Below are positions 26,412-34,745 of a DNA stretch of 64,000 bases, one piece after another. The position numbers were made by a program, and so were the translations under genes. The notes beneath the pieces were generated by a model. The model was not told the origin of the DNA. It did not search any database and was given only the letters and a program-made list of their open reading frames with translations. How positions within the stretch are numbered: the stretch's first letter is position 1; each line of letters begins with the position of its first letter. Source of the stretch: Candidatus Pacearchaeota archaeon (GTDB taxonomy: Archaea; Nanobdellota; Nanobdellia; Pacearchaeales; GW2011-AR1); assembly GCA_016186425.1 (NCBI GenBank), contig JACPLR010000007.1, positions 2,838-66,837 of the forward strand, given 5' to 3'.

Positions 26412-28112
26412 TTACTTCTGTCTTTTATATTCTCTTTCAATATCTTTCAAGCTGGCAATCTCGCTTAATGGTTTGTCTATTCTCAAAGCAGTCACTCTAG
26501 GAAATCTTAAAGCATATCCCGAAGAATACGTCGGGGATTTCTGTATTTCCTGAAATATAACAGAGACAATTATCTTTGGCTTGACTTTCACTTCCTTGCC
26601 AGAAGATTTAATAATTAAAGGTTTAAGCAAATTAGTTAATTCTAAGAAAGAAACGCCTATATCTAATTTTTCTTTAATACCAGTGCCCACTCTGCCTATT
26701 TCTAAAAATTCCCCTTCTCCATGTTTATCAGATTTACAAGCCAAAATAAAACTGCTGAGCCAACCAGCCCTTTTTCCAGTCCCATACTCTGCACCAATAA
26801 TAACTAAATCAAGATCTCTATGTTCTGGCTTTAATTTTAACATGTAGCCGACTCTTGATCCGGGTTTGTAAACTGCATTTAAATTTTTAATCATCAAACC
26901 CTCCTGATTTAATTTTAAAGCCTGATTAAAAAATTCCTGCGCCTTTTTCTCATCATTAGTAATCAATTGCTTTGCGCAAACTAATTTATATTCCTTATTT
27001 TTAATAATTTTTCTTAGAGTCTTTGTTCGCTCTATAAACGGCTTGCTAATATAACTTTCTCCATCCAACATAAGAAGATCAAAAACATTAACTTCAACAG
27101 GAAAATCCTTAGCCATTTTTTCAAGGTCATACTTTCTTTTAATTCTCTGGCTGATTGACTGGAATGGTAGGTATTTTTTAGTCTTGGGATCATAACCAAC
27201 AACTTCTGAATCAATCATAAATGACTTGGCATTTACAAATTCTTTAACAAAAGAAACAACATCCGGGAATTGCTTTGTGACATTTTCAAGCCTTCTTGTG
27301 AAAAGGCTGATATTGCCTTTTTCATCCTTATTAATCATAAGCCTAAAGCCATCATACTTAAATTCAAATGCTGCCGGTTTTCCGACTTTTTCAAATCCCT
27401 CTTCAATAGTATCAACTTTCTGAGCCAACATTGCCCTAATTGGAGCGCCAGCTTTCAAAGTAACCTTTCCCAATTCCTTCAGCCCTTTTCTAGCTTTTTC
27501 AAATATTAAAGCCATATCTGGATTAAGATCATAGGCATGCTGAATTATTTCAGAGGCTGATTTTTTATCATCGTGGAAAAAAACTTCTGAAATAGAATCT
27601 CTAAGTGTGCTGTCCTGAACTCCAATTCTTAAATCAGCAAGTAATATTCTAACAAGATACTTAGCTTCAATTGGCTTGGAATTAGATAACAATCCAGCAA
27701 TTAAGTCTATTTTCTTCCCAACAGTCCCTTTTCCCTGCATTTTAGCAAGTTCACGCAAGTCTGAAATTATTTTTTCAGTTGTTAATTCCCCATGAAATAA
27801 TCCTGATTGTTTTTTTCCAGCTATCAGCAATTCAGCAACCTTTCCAAGATCCCCAATTTTTTTCCATTCCCCAACTATTTTCTCATCGTTAATTCCAGTA
27901 GCTTTAGCAAGAGCTTTAATAACTGTCTGTGTGCTTATTCCAATTTCCCTTGCATCATAAGCAGGATACAAGCTTCCCAGCAGCAAATAAAGAACATCTT
28001 TATCTTTCTCATTAATTTTCTTCAAGAACTCGGATAATATTGCAATTTTCTCAAGGCGTTTTGTCGTTCCGCCAAGTTCTTCATAAACTTTGCATAATTC
28101 AGAATATTTCAT
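26412..28112 (-). CDS. lig: ATP-dependent DNA ligase (Lig1 type)
   Basis: 566 aa. Adenylation motif I FEFKYDGFR, EGLMIKNL, and the LKLKPE motif. N-terminal DNA-binding domain pattern. Confidence 0.9.
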   Translation of the reverse strand: MKYSELCKVYEELGGTTKRLEKIAILSEFLKKINEKDKDVLYLLLGSLYPAYDAREIGISTQTVIKALAKATGINDEKIVGEWKKIGDLGKVAELLIAGKKQSGLFHGELTTEKIISDLRELAKMQGKGTVGKKIDLIAGLLSNSKPIEAKYLVRILLADLRIGVQDSTLRDSISEVFFHDDKKSASEIIQHAYDLNPDMALIFEKARKGLKELGKVTLKAGAPIRAMLAQKVDTIEEGFEKVGKPAAFEFKYDGFRLMINKDEKGNISLFTRRLENVTKQFPDVVSFVKEFVNAKSFMIDSEVVGYDPKTKKYLPFQSISQRIKRKYDLEKMAKDFPVEVNVFDLLMLDGESYISKPFIERTKTLRKIIKNKEYKLVCAKQLITNDEKKAQEFFNQALKLNQEGLMIKNLNAVYKPGSRVGYMLKLKPEHRDLDLVIIGAEYGTGKRAGWLSSFILACKSDKHGEGEFLEIGRVGTGIKEKLDIGVSFLELTNLLKPLIIKSSGKEVKVKPKIIVSVIFQEIQKSPTYSSGYALRFPRVTALRIDKPLSEIASLKDIEREYKRQK

Positions 28113-28145
28113 AATATTAAAGAAAAGAAAAAAGAATATTTAAGT

Positions 28146-30989
28146 TTATCCTAAAAAATTATTTATGCATTGCTCACGTTGTTCTTGACTAATTGGATGT
28201 GCAATTAAACAAAGGAGAGATATTGCGTACCTCTGAAATGCATTGACTTTATTAATTTCCTCTTTTATAGGCAAACACTCTCCAGATGAACAGAAATTGC
28301 TCTCACATTCATAATTATTCTGGCATTTTGCAACGCTTCCATCATAATCTTTTATTTTTTGCTCATTTATATTTCCATCATAATTACAATAAGAGTTTAT
28401 ATCTCTAAGGAAAGTCATATCAACATAATTTTCTTCACTATTTAAAGCAAGAAAATTGATCCCATCAATTCTCACAGGTATTTCTAAACCTTCAGAATCT
28501 GGATTAACAATTGTTATTCTATCACCTAAGAATAGATTATAAGTTATATTCTTTTCTTTTCCAATCAAAGTGAACCTTGCTTCATTATCTGAAAGAACAT
28601 CTAATATAAAATCGTCAACATTATTTATTTCATATAATCTATTTTTATCTGATTCTTCATAAATAAATCTAGTTCCATAAGGAATGCAAACATTGTCGCT
28701 GAATTTATAATCAGCCCACCTAGGAACTAAACATCCGGCGCAAATTCCAGGGCTGCAATAAGATTCACGAGTTACATCTGGGCTATTACAATCAGAATTA
28801 TCAATACATGTTGTTGTTTGTCTTCCGTGAGGCGGACAAATAATAGGCTCTGTCTTGCACTGGTAATAAGGTTCGCATGTTTCCAAACTAATTTCAGAAG
28901 AACATTGGGAAAGGCTAACTTCAATTTGACGGGACAAAGGATAAGGTATCTCAAAATCCTCCCAGTTAACAGAGTTAGCATCATTATTTTGCAAGGCATT
29001 GATAAAATCATTTAACTTATACTGTGAAAGCTTAAGCAATTCTTCATCAGAAAGTTTTTTTCCACTGCTTACATATACCACAACTGCAATATTATCTTTA
29101 ATCCATATTACCTCTCGCGTTTTATAATTATATTGGTCAAGATCCTGATTTCCATAAAATACATCCCAATTGCAGATGTAAACTTTATTTTCTTTATTAT
29201 CTGAACTCCAGTAAGTTCGTGGTTGACATATTCTTCCAGATATAGTAGAATCAATCCAAGAACTTAAATTCAAATCTTGATTATCAAAAACATTAAGATT
29301 ATAGTCAATATTATAATTCACATTATCATAATAAGTATGCCAAGAAGCATAATAATGAGTTGTAGGATAATCTTTTCCATTAATCCAAACACTGCTTCTT
29401 TCACTTGAATTCCACCCAAGGTTATATACTATATTATAATCAAAGAAACTAGCTGGCTGAGCTACTTTTTTAATCAGGTCAGGACAAACATTTGATGGCT
29501 CAATAATAATAATAGGACAGTAAAAAGTCATTACATCACTTCCTGTTGTTTGCGGAAAATTCAAAGTTACTTTTATTGCATCCATATTAAATGAAGGACC
29601 ACTATAAGTTAAGCCATATTCCATTCCACCAATTGAAATTGTTGTTAAACCTTCTATTGAGGTAGAAGCTGTTGTGTAAACTTCATTTGTAAGCACGTCT
29701 TTTAATTCGACTTTATCTCCCTCTCCCTGAGGATATGAACTATTTATAACAGTTTGAACTCTTAATAAATAACCAGGAATAACAACATAATTTCCTTTAT
29801 AAAATACCTCGCCTTCTTTTACTACCACAATCTTGCCTTGAGATTGTAAATTAGTTATATTTATTCTTATTTCATTATTTAAATAACCACAGCCATCAAC
29901 TTCTGTTAAGCCTCCAACAATACAATCACCATTACTACAACCATTAGGACAAAGATTACAACCTGCTCCTCCTGAATTTGCAATGCACTGCCCATTTTGA
30001 CATATATAAGTAGTAGTTGAAGTACAAGAAGAGTCTCCAGAACAATAATTCCTAGAAGTTGACGGACAATCACTATCACTAGAACATTGAGAAGTTGATA
30101 TTCCAACATTTACTTTATAGTAAATTCTTCCATCACCTGACTCGTAAACTTTATCATTAAACCATAGGATAACTTTCTTTCTTATCTTATCAAAATAAGC
30201 AATATTCGGAGTATTTGGGATTATTGTGCCATCAGACAATCTTGGCCTTACAGCCCCGCTAAATTTACCAGTAGAAGAATCATATCTATAATAACCTTGA
30301 GAGGACCATAAGTTAGTTGACTCAACCTCTCCTATAACATAATTAACAACTGCCAAAGGCAAATTTGGCATTTCTAATAAACTGCTCTGTGAAAATTTTA
30401 AATCACTTCCAGCACTATATTCTTTATAAGTTCCACTTGTCTGGCCCCAAAAGATTATTTTCCCGCCATTAAATTTATGGAAAATGCCTTTTTGTAAAAC
30501 AAAATCGCTAGGCAATCCAACAGCCACCATCATTTCATTTGTAAATGGTTCAAACTTTTTTGTATTCGGATTATAAACATAAACCATGCCATTACCATCT
30601 GATAAAATTATCCTTCCATTACCATCTCCAAAAGCATGATAAAAACCAACTCTTGGCTTGAAATCAGAAGGCAAACCAGAAGCAACTTTTTCTGCATCAC
30701 TCCACTTAACAAATTTCAAACCATCACTTGAAAAATAAGCCTGTCCATTTACATCCCATAAAATTATTTTTCCAACAGAACCAGCTGGAAAGGGATGCCA
30801 ATAACCAACAACTGGCTGAAAACCATCAGGCAACCCTTCAAATATTGTTGTCCCAGGGCTTAAAGAAACTTCTTTTCCACTTAGTTTATCAAAAAAATCA
30901 GTAAACCAATTTGCAGAAACAAAACTTAACGAAATAATAATCATTAAGAACACTATCGAAAATAAAAATAAATTCACCCTCTTTTCCAT
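28146..30989 (-). CDS. giant secreted Cys-rich repeat protein (947 aa), paralog of 22939..26088
   Basis: Signal/TM then SFVSANWFTDFFD. One five-unit GLPxxFxPxxG(Y/F)(W/Y)H...LW block (aa 51-293), Cys-rich regions, and C-terminal CQNNYECESNFCSSGEC plus a helix. Confidence 0.8.
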   Translation of the reverse strand: MEKRVNLFLFSIVFLMIIISLSFVSANWFTDFFDKLSGKEVSLSPGTTIFEGLPDGFQPVVGYWHPFPAGSVGKIILWDVNGQAYFSSDGLKFVKWSDAEKVASGLPSDFKPRVGFYHAFGDGNGRIILSDGNGMVYVYNPNTKKFEPFTNEMMVAVGLPSDFVLQKGIFHKFNGGKIIFWGQTSGTYKEYSAGSDLKFSQSSLLEMPNLPLAVVNYVIGEVESTNLWSSQGYYRYDSSTGKFSGAVRPRLSDGTIIPNTPNIAYFDKIRKKVILWFNDKVYESGDGRIYYKVNVGISTSQCSSDSDCPSTSRNYCSGDSSCTSTTTYICQNGQCIANSGGAGCNLCPNGCSNGDCIVGGLTEVDGCGYLNNEIRINITNLQSQGKIVVVKEGEVFYKGNYVVIPGYLLRVQTVINSSYPQGEGDKVELKDVLTNEVYTTASTSIEGLTTISIGGMEYGLTYSGPSFNMDAIKVTLNFPQTTGSDVMTFYCPIIIIEPSNVCPDLIKKVAQPASFFDYNIVYNLGWNSSERSSVWINGKDYPTTHYYASWHTYYDNVNYNIDYNLNVFDNQDLNLSSWIDSTISGRICQPRTYWSSDNKENKVYICNWDVFYGNQDLDQYNYKTREVIWIKDNIAVVVYVSSGKKLSDEELLKLSQYKLNDFINALQNNDANSVNWEDFEIPYPLSRQIEVSLSQCSSEISLETCEPYYQCKTEPIICPPHGRQTTTCIDNSDCNSPDVTRESYCSPGICAGCLVPRWADYKFSDNVCIPYGTRFIYEESDKNRLYEINNVDDFILDVLSDNEARFTLIGKEKNITYNLFLGDRITIVNPDSEGLEIPVRIDGINFLALNSEENYVDMTFLRDINSYCNYDGNINEQKIKDYDGSVAKCQNNYECESNFCSSGECLPIKEEINKVNAFQRYAISLLCLIAHPISQEQREQCINNFLG

Positions 30990-31150
30990 TTTACTTTAAT
31001 TAATCAAATAAAAATAGATTTATAAATCTTTATATAAAATTTAGAAAAGAAAAAAAACGCCGAAAATAAGAAAAATTGAGTTAACAATTGTTAAGTGTAT
31101 ATTTTAAAAAATATTAAAAGAAAAAATAAATTAAATGACTAATTAATCAA

Positions 31151-31260
31151 CCTAATAAGCCATGCAAAATTTTTCTAAATGAAAAATTTTATATTACACA
31201 TTTTCAAAAATGTTCTTGAAATATTACAACAATTCTTCCTACTTTATTAGCTAGAACTTC
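31151..31260 (+). repeat. IGR-A element, full length with diverged tail
   Basis: CCTAATAAGCCATGCAAAATTTTTC-taaat-GAAAAATTTTATATTACACATTTTCAAAAATGTTCTTGAAATATTACAACAATTCTTCCTAC. Confidence 0.85.
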
Positions 31261-31284
31261 TAATCTTAAAATTATCAATGATTA

Positions 31285-31418
31285 ATTTTTAAAATCATTG
31301 GCTATTAAAAGGAGATGTCATAAGAAGAACCTTGGCGTTTAAAAGGAGATGTCATAAGAAGAACCTTGGCGTTTAAAAGGAGAGTTCATAAAGAGAACCT
31401 TGGTTCTTTTTATTATTT
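31285..31418 (+). repeat. B-module tandem array (partial unit + 3 x 34 bp + closing T-rich tail)
   Basis: Units start at 31305, 31339 and 31373 with an exact 34-bp period: TTAAAAGGAGATGTCATAAGAAGAACCTTGGCGT twice, then TTAAAAGGAGAGTTCATAAAGAGAACCTTGGTTC, then TTTTTATTATTT reaching the rpl15e stop. Confidence 0.9.
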
Positions 31419-31932
31419 ATCTCAGCCCTCTCGACTTTCTTCCGGCAGAAGTCAACCCTCTGAAAACTCTGTGCCTGTTTTCAGGCCTGCAGATCCAGTT
31501 TATTGTTCTGTCATGTTTTATTTCTGGTTTTTCAGGATCAACTAAAATAACTTCAAAGAAATAATGCTCGCCATCTTTTCCAATCAAATATGAATTCAAA
31601 ACTTCAAGATTCTTGAATTTTCTTGCAGCTCTCTGCTCTGCAATCCACTGATAATTCATTGAAAGAGATTTTCTTACAGCCAGGCTTGCTCCTGATTTTC
31701 TTGCTTTGCTAGGCCTTGGCCTTCTATGCCCCCCTCTTTTCAAGTAAACTCTAGCAACAATAAAACCTTTTTTTGCTTTGTATCCAAGTTTCCTTGCCCT
31801 GTCTAACCTTAAAGGTTTTTCAACTTTAACAATAACATTCCCTCTTCTCCATTCAGTCATCCTGTCTCTAAGAGTTTTCTTTTCAGGGCTTTTCCATGCT
31901 TCTCCGATATAATGATACATTCCTTTTGCCAT
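31417..31932 (-). CDS. rpl15e: 50S ribosomal protein L15e
   Basis: MYHYIGEAWKSPEK...RLDRARKLGYKAKKGFIVARVYLKRGG...NSYLIGKDGEHYFFEVILVDP is canonical L15e. Confidence 0.9.
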   Translation of the reverse strand: MAKGMYHYIGEAWKSPEKKTLRDRMTEWRRGNVIVKVEKPLRLDRARKLGYKAKKGFIVARVYLKRGGHRRPRPSKARKSGASLAVRKSLSMNYQWIAEQRAARKFKNLEVLNSYLIGKDGEHYFFEVILVDPEKPEIKHDRTINWICRPENRHRVFRGLTSAGRKSRGLR

Positions 31933-31954
31933 TTTATTTTCTTTATTGGTTTGG

Positions 31955-31973
31955 GAACCTTTTCAAAAGGTTC
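31955..31973 (-). promoter_or_regulatory. perfect 9-bp-arm palindrome in the rpl15e leader
   Basis: GAACCTTTT-c-AAAAGGTTC lies 23 nt upstream of the L15e ATG (31932) and downstream of an A/T-rich TATA-like stretch near 32010-32022. Confidence 0.35.
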
Positions 31974-32078
31974 ATTGCCATTATTAGTGTTAGAAAAGAG
32001 CATTTTTAAATATAACTAATTCTAATTTTAAAAGCAAGTAGGAACACTTATAAATGATTTATTTCTTGTTTTTACAAT

Positions 32079-32152
32079 GAGCCTGTAGCTCAGCCTGGTA
32101 GAGCATCGCTCTGATAAGGCGGGGGTCCGCGGTTCAAATCCGCGCAGGCTCA
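32079..32152 (+). tRNA. tRNA-Ile(GAU), no intron
   Basis: GAGCCTG-TA-GCTC-AGCCTGGTA-GAGC-A-TCGCT-CTGATAA-GGCGG-GGGTC-CGCGG-TTCAAAT-CCGCG-CAGGCTC-A. 74 nt with a perfect cloverleaf. Confidence 0.9.
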
Positions 32153-32174
32153 CTCATAATTAAAAAATAGAATT

Positions 32175-32483
32175 CTAGGCAACAATCTTTTTTTGAGCTG
32201 CTGCCTCAGATAATTTTAAATCAATTGCAAATAATGCCTTAACAACCGGATTATCAAAGTTTATTTTAAATAATCTGCTTTTCCCTATCTTTCTTGTTTC
32301 CACCAAGATTTTTTGTTTTAGCAAATTAGGCATTAAGTCTATAAGAGTTGTATAAGCTACATTGCTTCCTTCAGCTATTTGAGGCAAGGAAAAATCTAAA
32401 GCAAAATTATCCATTAAAAAGTCTAAAACTCTTATTTTAGGATTATCTCCCAAATACTGCAAAAAAAATGATTTTTCTTCCAT
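32175..32483 (-). CDS. winged helix-turn-helix transcriptional regulator (hypothetical)
   Basis: 102 aa. The pattern KIRVLDFLMDN...FSLPQIAEGSNVAYTTLIDLMPNLLKQKILVETRKIGKSRLFKIN is typical of small archaeal wHTH proteins. Confidence 0.5.
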   Translation of the reverse strand: MEEKSFFLQYLGDNPKIRVLDFLMDNFALDFSLPQIAEGSNVAYTTLIDLMPNLLKQKILVETRKIGKSRLFKINFDNPVVKALFAIDLKLSEAAAQKKIVA

Positions 32484-32526
32484 TTTTCATTATTTATGAT
32501 TTATTTTTAGAGATTATCCCTTATTT

Positions 32527-33228
32527 TTATCTCGCCGCAAACTCAAGAATTAATTTCTCATCAGCAAAAGAATATCCAAGCAGGGGCATTTTCATCTTAA
32601 GATTTTTAGTAAAAACTTCCTTGTCAGAAACAGCCTTAATTTCCAATGCTTCTTCAAAATTAGCTATGTTAATGTTTTTTTCAGAGTTAACTCCAGGGAG
32701 AGAAATCTCATAAACAACCCTATCAGCTAATCTTCGGATATTTGTTTCAGGCTCTTTTCTCGAAAAATTCTTGGCCTTTTTTAAAGCATCTGGCTCAATT
32801 TTCGGCAGTTTAAAAGTTTTATTTGTTAAAGGTATTGTATTCTGCATATTTCCAATTTTTCCAAAATTTCCTCCTGTTCCGACAATTTTAATCGGCTTCT
32901 GCCCGGGCATGCCAATTGTAATATCAAATCTTGTGAATGTTCTCTCATTTGAAATATCTTTCTTATTTATTTCCCTTCCATCTTTTCTCGCTTCTCTGTC
33001 AAGCTCTGACATCTGTTTGCTAAGCTCTTTCATTAAAGGTTTCATCAGCATCTTAAATCCAAATGGCAGCTGCATTCCAAGCTCATCAAATTCTTTTAAA
33101 TCATCCTTGCCAAGAAAACCATAATCTTTTTCATTAAAAGCAGAGCTGGCATTAAGCCCGCAATGGGGGCAAAATTCATATTTCTTGCTTATTCTCTTCC
33201 CGCAATTTGCGCATTTCTGTCTGAACAT
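32527..33228 (-). CDS. zinc-ribbon protein with C-terminal HSP20/p23-like beta-sandwich (hypothetical)
   Basis: N-terminal CANCGKRISKKYEFCPHCG. The C-terminal VVYEISLPGVNSEKNINIANFEEALEIKAV resembles an alpha-crystallin-like fold. Weak call. Confidence 0.35.
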   Translation of the reverse strand: MFRQKCANCGKRISKKYEFCPHCGLNASSAFNEKDYGFLGKDDLKEFDELGMQLPFGFKMLMKPLMKELSKQMSELDREARKDGREINKKDISNERTFTRFDITIGMPGQKPIKIVGTGGNFGKIGNMQNTIPLTNKTFKLPKIEPDALKKAKNFSRKEPETNIRRLADRVVYEISLPGVNSEKNINIANFEEALEIKAVSDKEVFTKNLKMKMPLLGYSFADEKLILEFAAR

Positions 33229-33367
33229 TGTAATTAACTATAAAATTTAGTTATTATCTTAGTATTTTAAGATTTAAAAATGTTTGGAAAGATAAAAAAT
33301 GATGCCTAAAAAAATTATAGAATATACCAAAATATTAAAGATTTTAACAATTACTAACTTAATTGAA

Positions 33368-33475
33368 ATCAAGCATAAATTTTCCTAAAAGAAAATTTAT
33401 TTATTATGTGATTCAAAAAAAATATTCTTGAAACATCACAATATCTCTCCATAATTTATCATAAGAAAGTTTCTG
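33368..33475 (+). repeat. IGR-A element, full length
   Basis: Hairpin AAATTTTC-ctaaaa-GAAAATTT at 33377-33398. GTGATTCAAAAAAAATATTCTTGAAACATCACAATATCTCTCCATAATTTATCATAAGAAAGTTTCTG. Confidence 0.85.
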
Positions 33476-33539
33476 ATATTTTATTAATCAATCTTAATAC
33501 CTGTATTTTATAAAATATATAAGATAATAGCCAACACTT

Positions 33540-33854
33540 TCAAATCAATTCCATATTAATTAAAACCTTTTCCATCTCAATTTTCATTATATCAAATTTC
33601 GTATCGTCTATAAAATCTTTTTCTTGAAGCTCTTTTTTTAATCTTCTTATTAATTCCTGCTTTATCTTGGCTTTATCATAAATATTCCAGTTTTCTTTCA
33701 TAGCCATTTTTTTAGCCTCTTTCAACAGGACTTCGGCATCTTTTGCATATTTGCCGGCATAAATTTCTTCTTTATTAACAATACTGCCAATTTTATGCCT
33801 TAAAGCAACAGCTAAAATATTAGTCATCTCTTGAATAACTTGTTTTTTGCCCAT
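33540..33854 (-). CDS. small helical protein (104 aa) downstream of the AbrB-NTase paralog
   Basis: ORF 7 nt downstream of 33862..34665 on the same strand. Predicted all-helical and charged. No HEPN Rx4-6H motif seen. Confidence 0.4.
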   Translation of the reverse strand: MGKKQVIQEMTNILAVALRHKIGSIVNKEEIYAGKYAKDAEVLLKEAKKMAMKENWNIYDKAKIKQELIRRLKKELQEKDFIDDTKFDIMKIEMEKVLINMELI

Positions 33855-33861
33855 TTTTAGA

Positions 33862-34665
33862 TTATTTATGCTTTAAAATTTTATTAATCTTATCCAATTT
33901 ATCCTTAATAATATCTCTAAGCTTTTCAATTATTTTATCTTCTAATATTTCATTATTTTTTATATAATTAAATAAAAAATCTCCTATTAGCTCTTTTAAG
34001 TCAGTCTCTATCTCAAGAGGATTTAATTCTTTATTTTCCAAAAATCTCTTTATAGTTATAAGCCGCCTAATAGAATCATAAAAAACACGGCTATTTAGAT
34101 TAATCTTAAGCAAATCTTCCGGCATCATCAAAAGAAATTTAATATGCTTTTTATCAATTTCACTTTTATTTAATTTACTATCATTATTAATTTCAAACGG
34201 CTTATTTGATATAAAATAATAAAACATGCTTTTTGTTAATGGGCATATTTTAAGTAAGTGATTTAATTTATCTTTTGAAAGAATAATTATATGAAATTTA
34301 AGCTCAAATTTCTTTATTAAATCAATATAAATTTGTTTCTCATTTGCTTTTTCAGAAACAATAATAATATCAATGTCATTGTAATCTTCTTTTTTGGTTA
34401 GAAATGAGCCAATAATAAATACCTGGTTAATCTCCCTGAATTTAATAAGAAAAGAAAAAATATTTTGTATGAGCTTTTCTTTAAATGATCCAAGCTTCTT
34501 AGTATTTTCTGAATAATAAGCTCTAACCTTTTTTTCAACTAATCTGATTTCAACTAAATCTCCAATTTCAAAAAACTCTTCCATGCTGCCAGGAATATAT
34601 ATTTGGTTAAACCTGCTTCCTTTTGAAACTTTGTGTATGAATTTAATATTTTGTTTTTGTTCCAT
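33862..34665 (-). CDS. AbrB/SpoVT-like domain fused to a minimal nucleotidyltransferase domain (paralog of 5896..6687)
   Basis: The N-terminus KVSKGSRFNQIYIPGSMEEFFEIGDLVEIRLVE is AbrB-like. NTase motif IIGSFLTKKEDYNDIDIIIVSE. Helical C-terminus. Confidence 0.6.
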   Translation of the reverse strand: MEQKQNIKFIHKVSKGSRFNQIYIPGSMEEFFEIGDLVEIRLVEKKVRAYYSENTKKLGSFKEKLIQNIFSFLIKFREINQVFIIGSFLTKKEDYNDIDIIIVSEKANEKQIYIDLIKKFELKFHIIILSKDKLNHLLKICPLTKSMFYYFISNKPFEINNDSKLNKSEIDKKHIKFLLMMPEDLLKINLNSRVFYDSIRRLITIKRFLENKELNPLEIETDLKELIGDFLFNYIKNNEILEDKIIEKLRDIIKDKLDKINKILKHK

Positions 34666-34686
34666 AATACGTATTAAATACGTATT
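34666..34686 (-). promoter_or_regulatory. two tandem perfect 10-bp palindromes AATACGTATT (candidate operator) abutting the start codon
   Basis: AATACGTATT at 34666-34675 and again at 34677-34686 (11-bp register). They lie directly between the ATG (34663-34665) and a TATA-like CTTATAAATA (34686-34695, minus-strand sense). Confidence 0.5.
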
Positions 34687-34745
34687 ATTTATAAGCTTTT
34701 CGGTTACAATTAATTAGATTTTATATTATTATGCCAGAAGATTTT

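Noticed and set aside
22397-30109. Small ORFs nested in the giant surface protein genes and lig (22397-22591, 24064-24303, 25122-25406, 25436-25636, 25867-26049, 26581-26847, 27032-27214, 27226-27423, 27270-27509, 27807-28037, 28772-29011, 28818-29015, 29906-30109)
   Set aside because: All are alternative-frame or antisense to long ORFs with clear domain content. No independent motifs or RBS were seen.
21972-30989. Diversity-generating retroelement targeting the surface proteins (known in DPANN lineages)
   Set aside because: There is no reverse transcriptase ORF and no template/variable repeat pair with A-specific mismatches in this window. The similarity between paralog C-termini is ordinary protein-level divergence.
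32468-33124. ORFs 32468-32713 and 32771-33124 (+)
   Set aside because: They are antisense to the 233-aa zinc-ribbon ORF and overlap the wHTH gene start. Their translations are hydrophobic low-complexity shadows.
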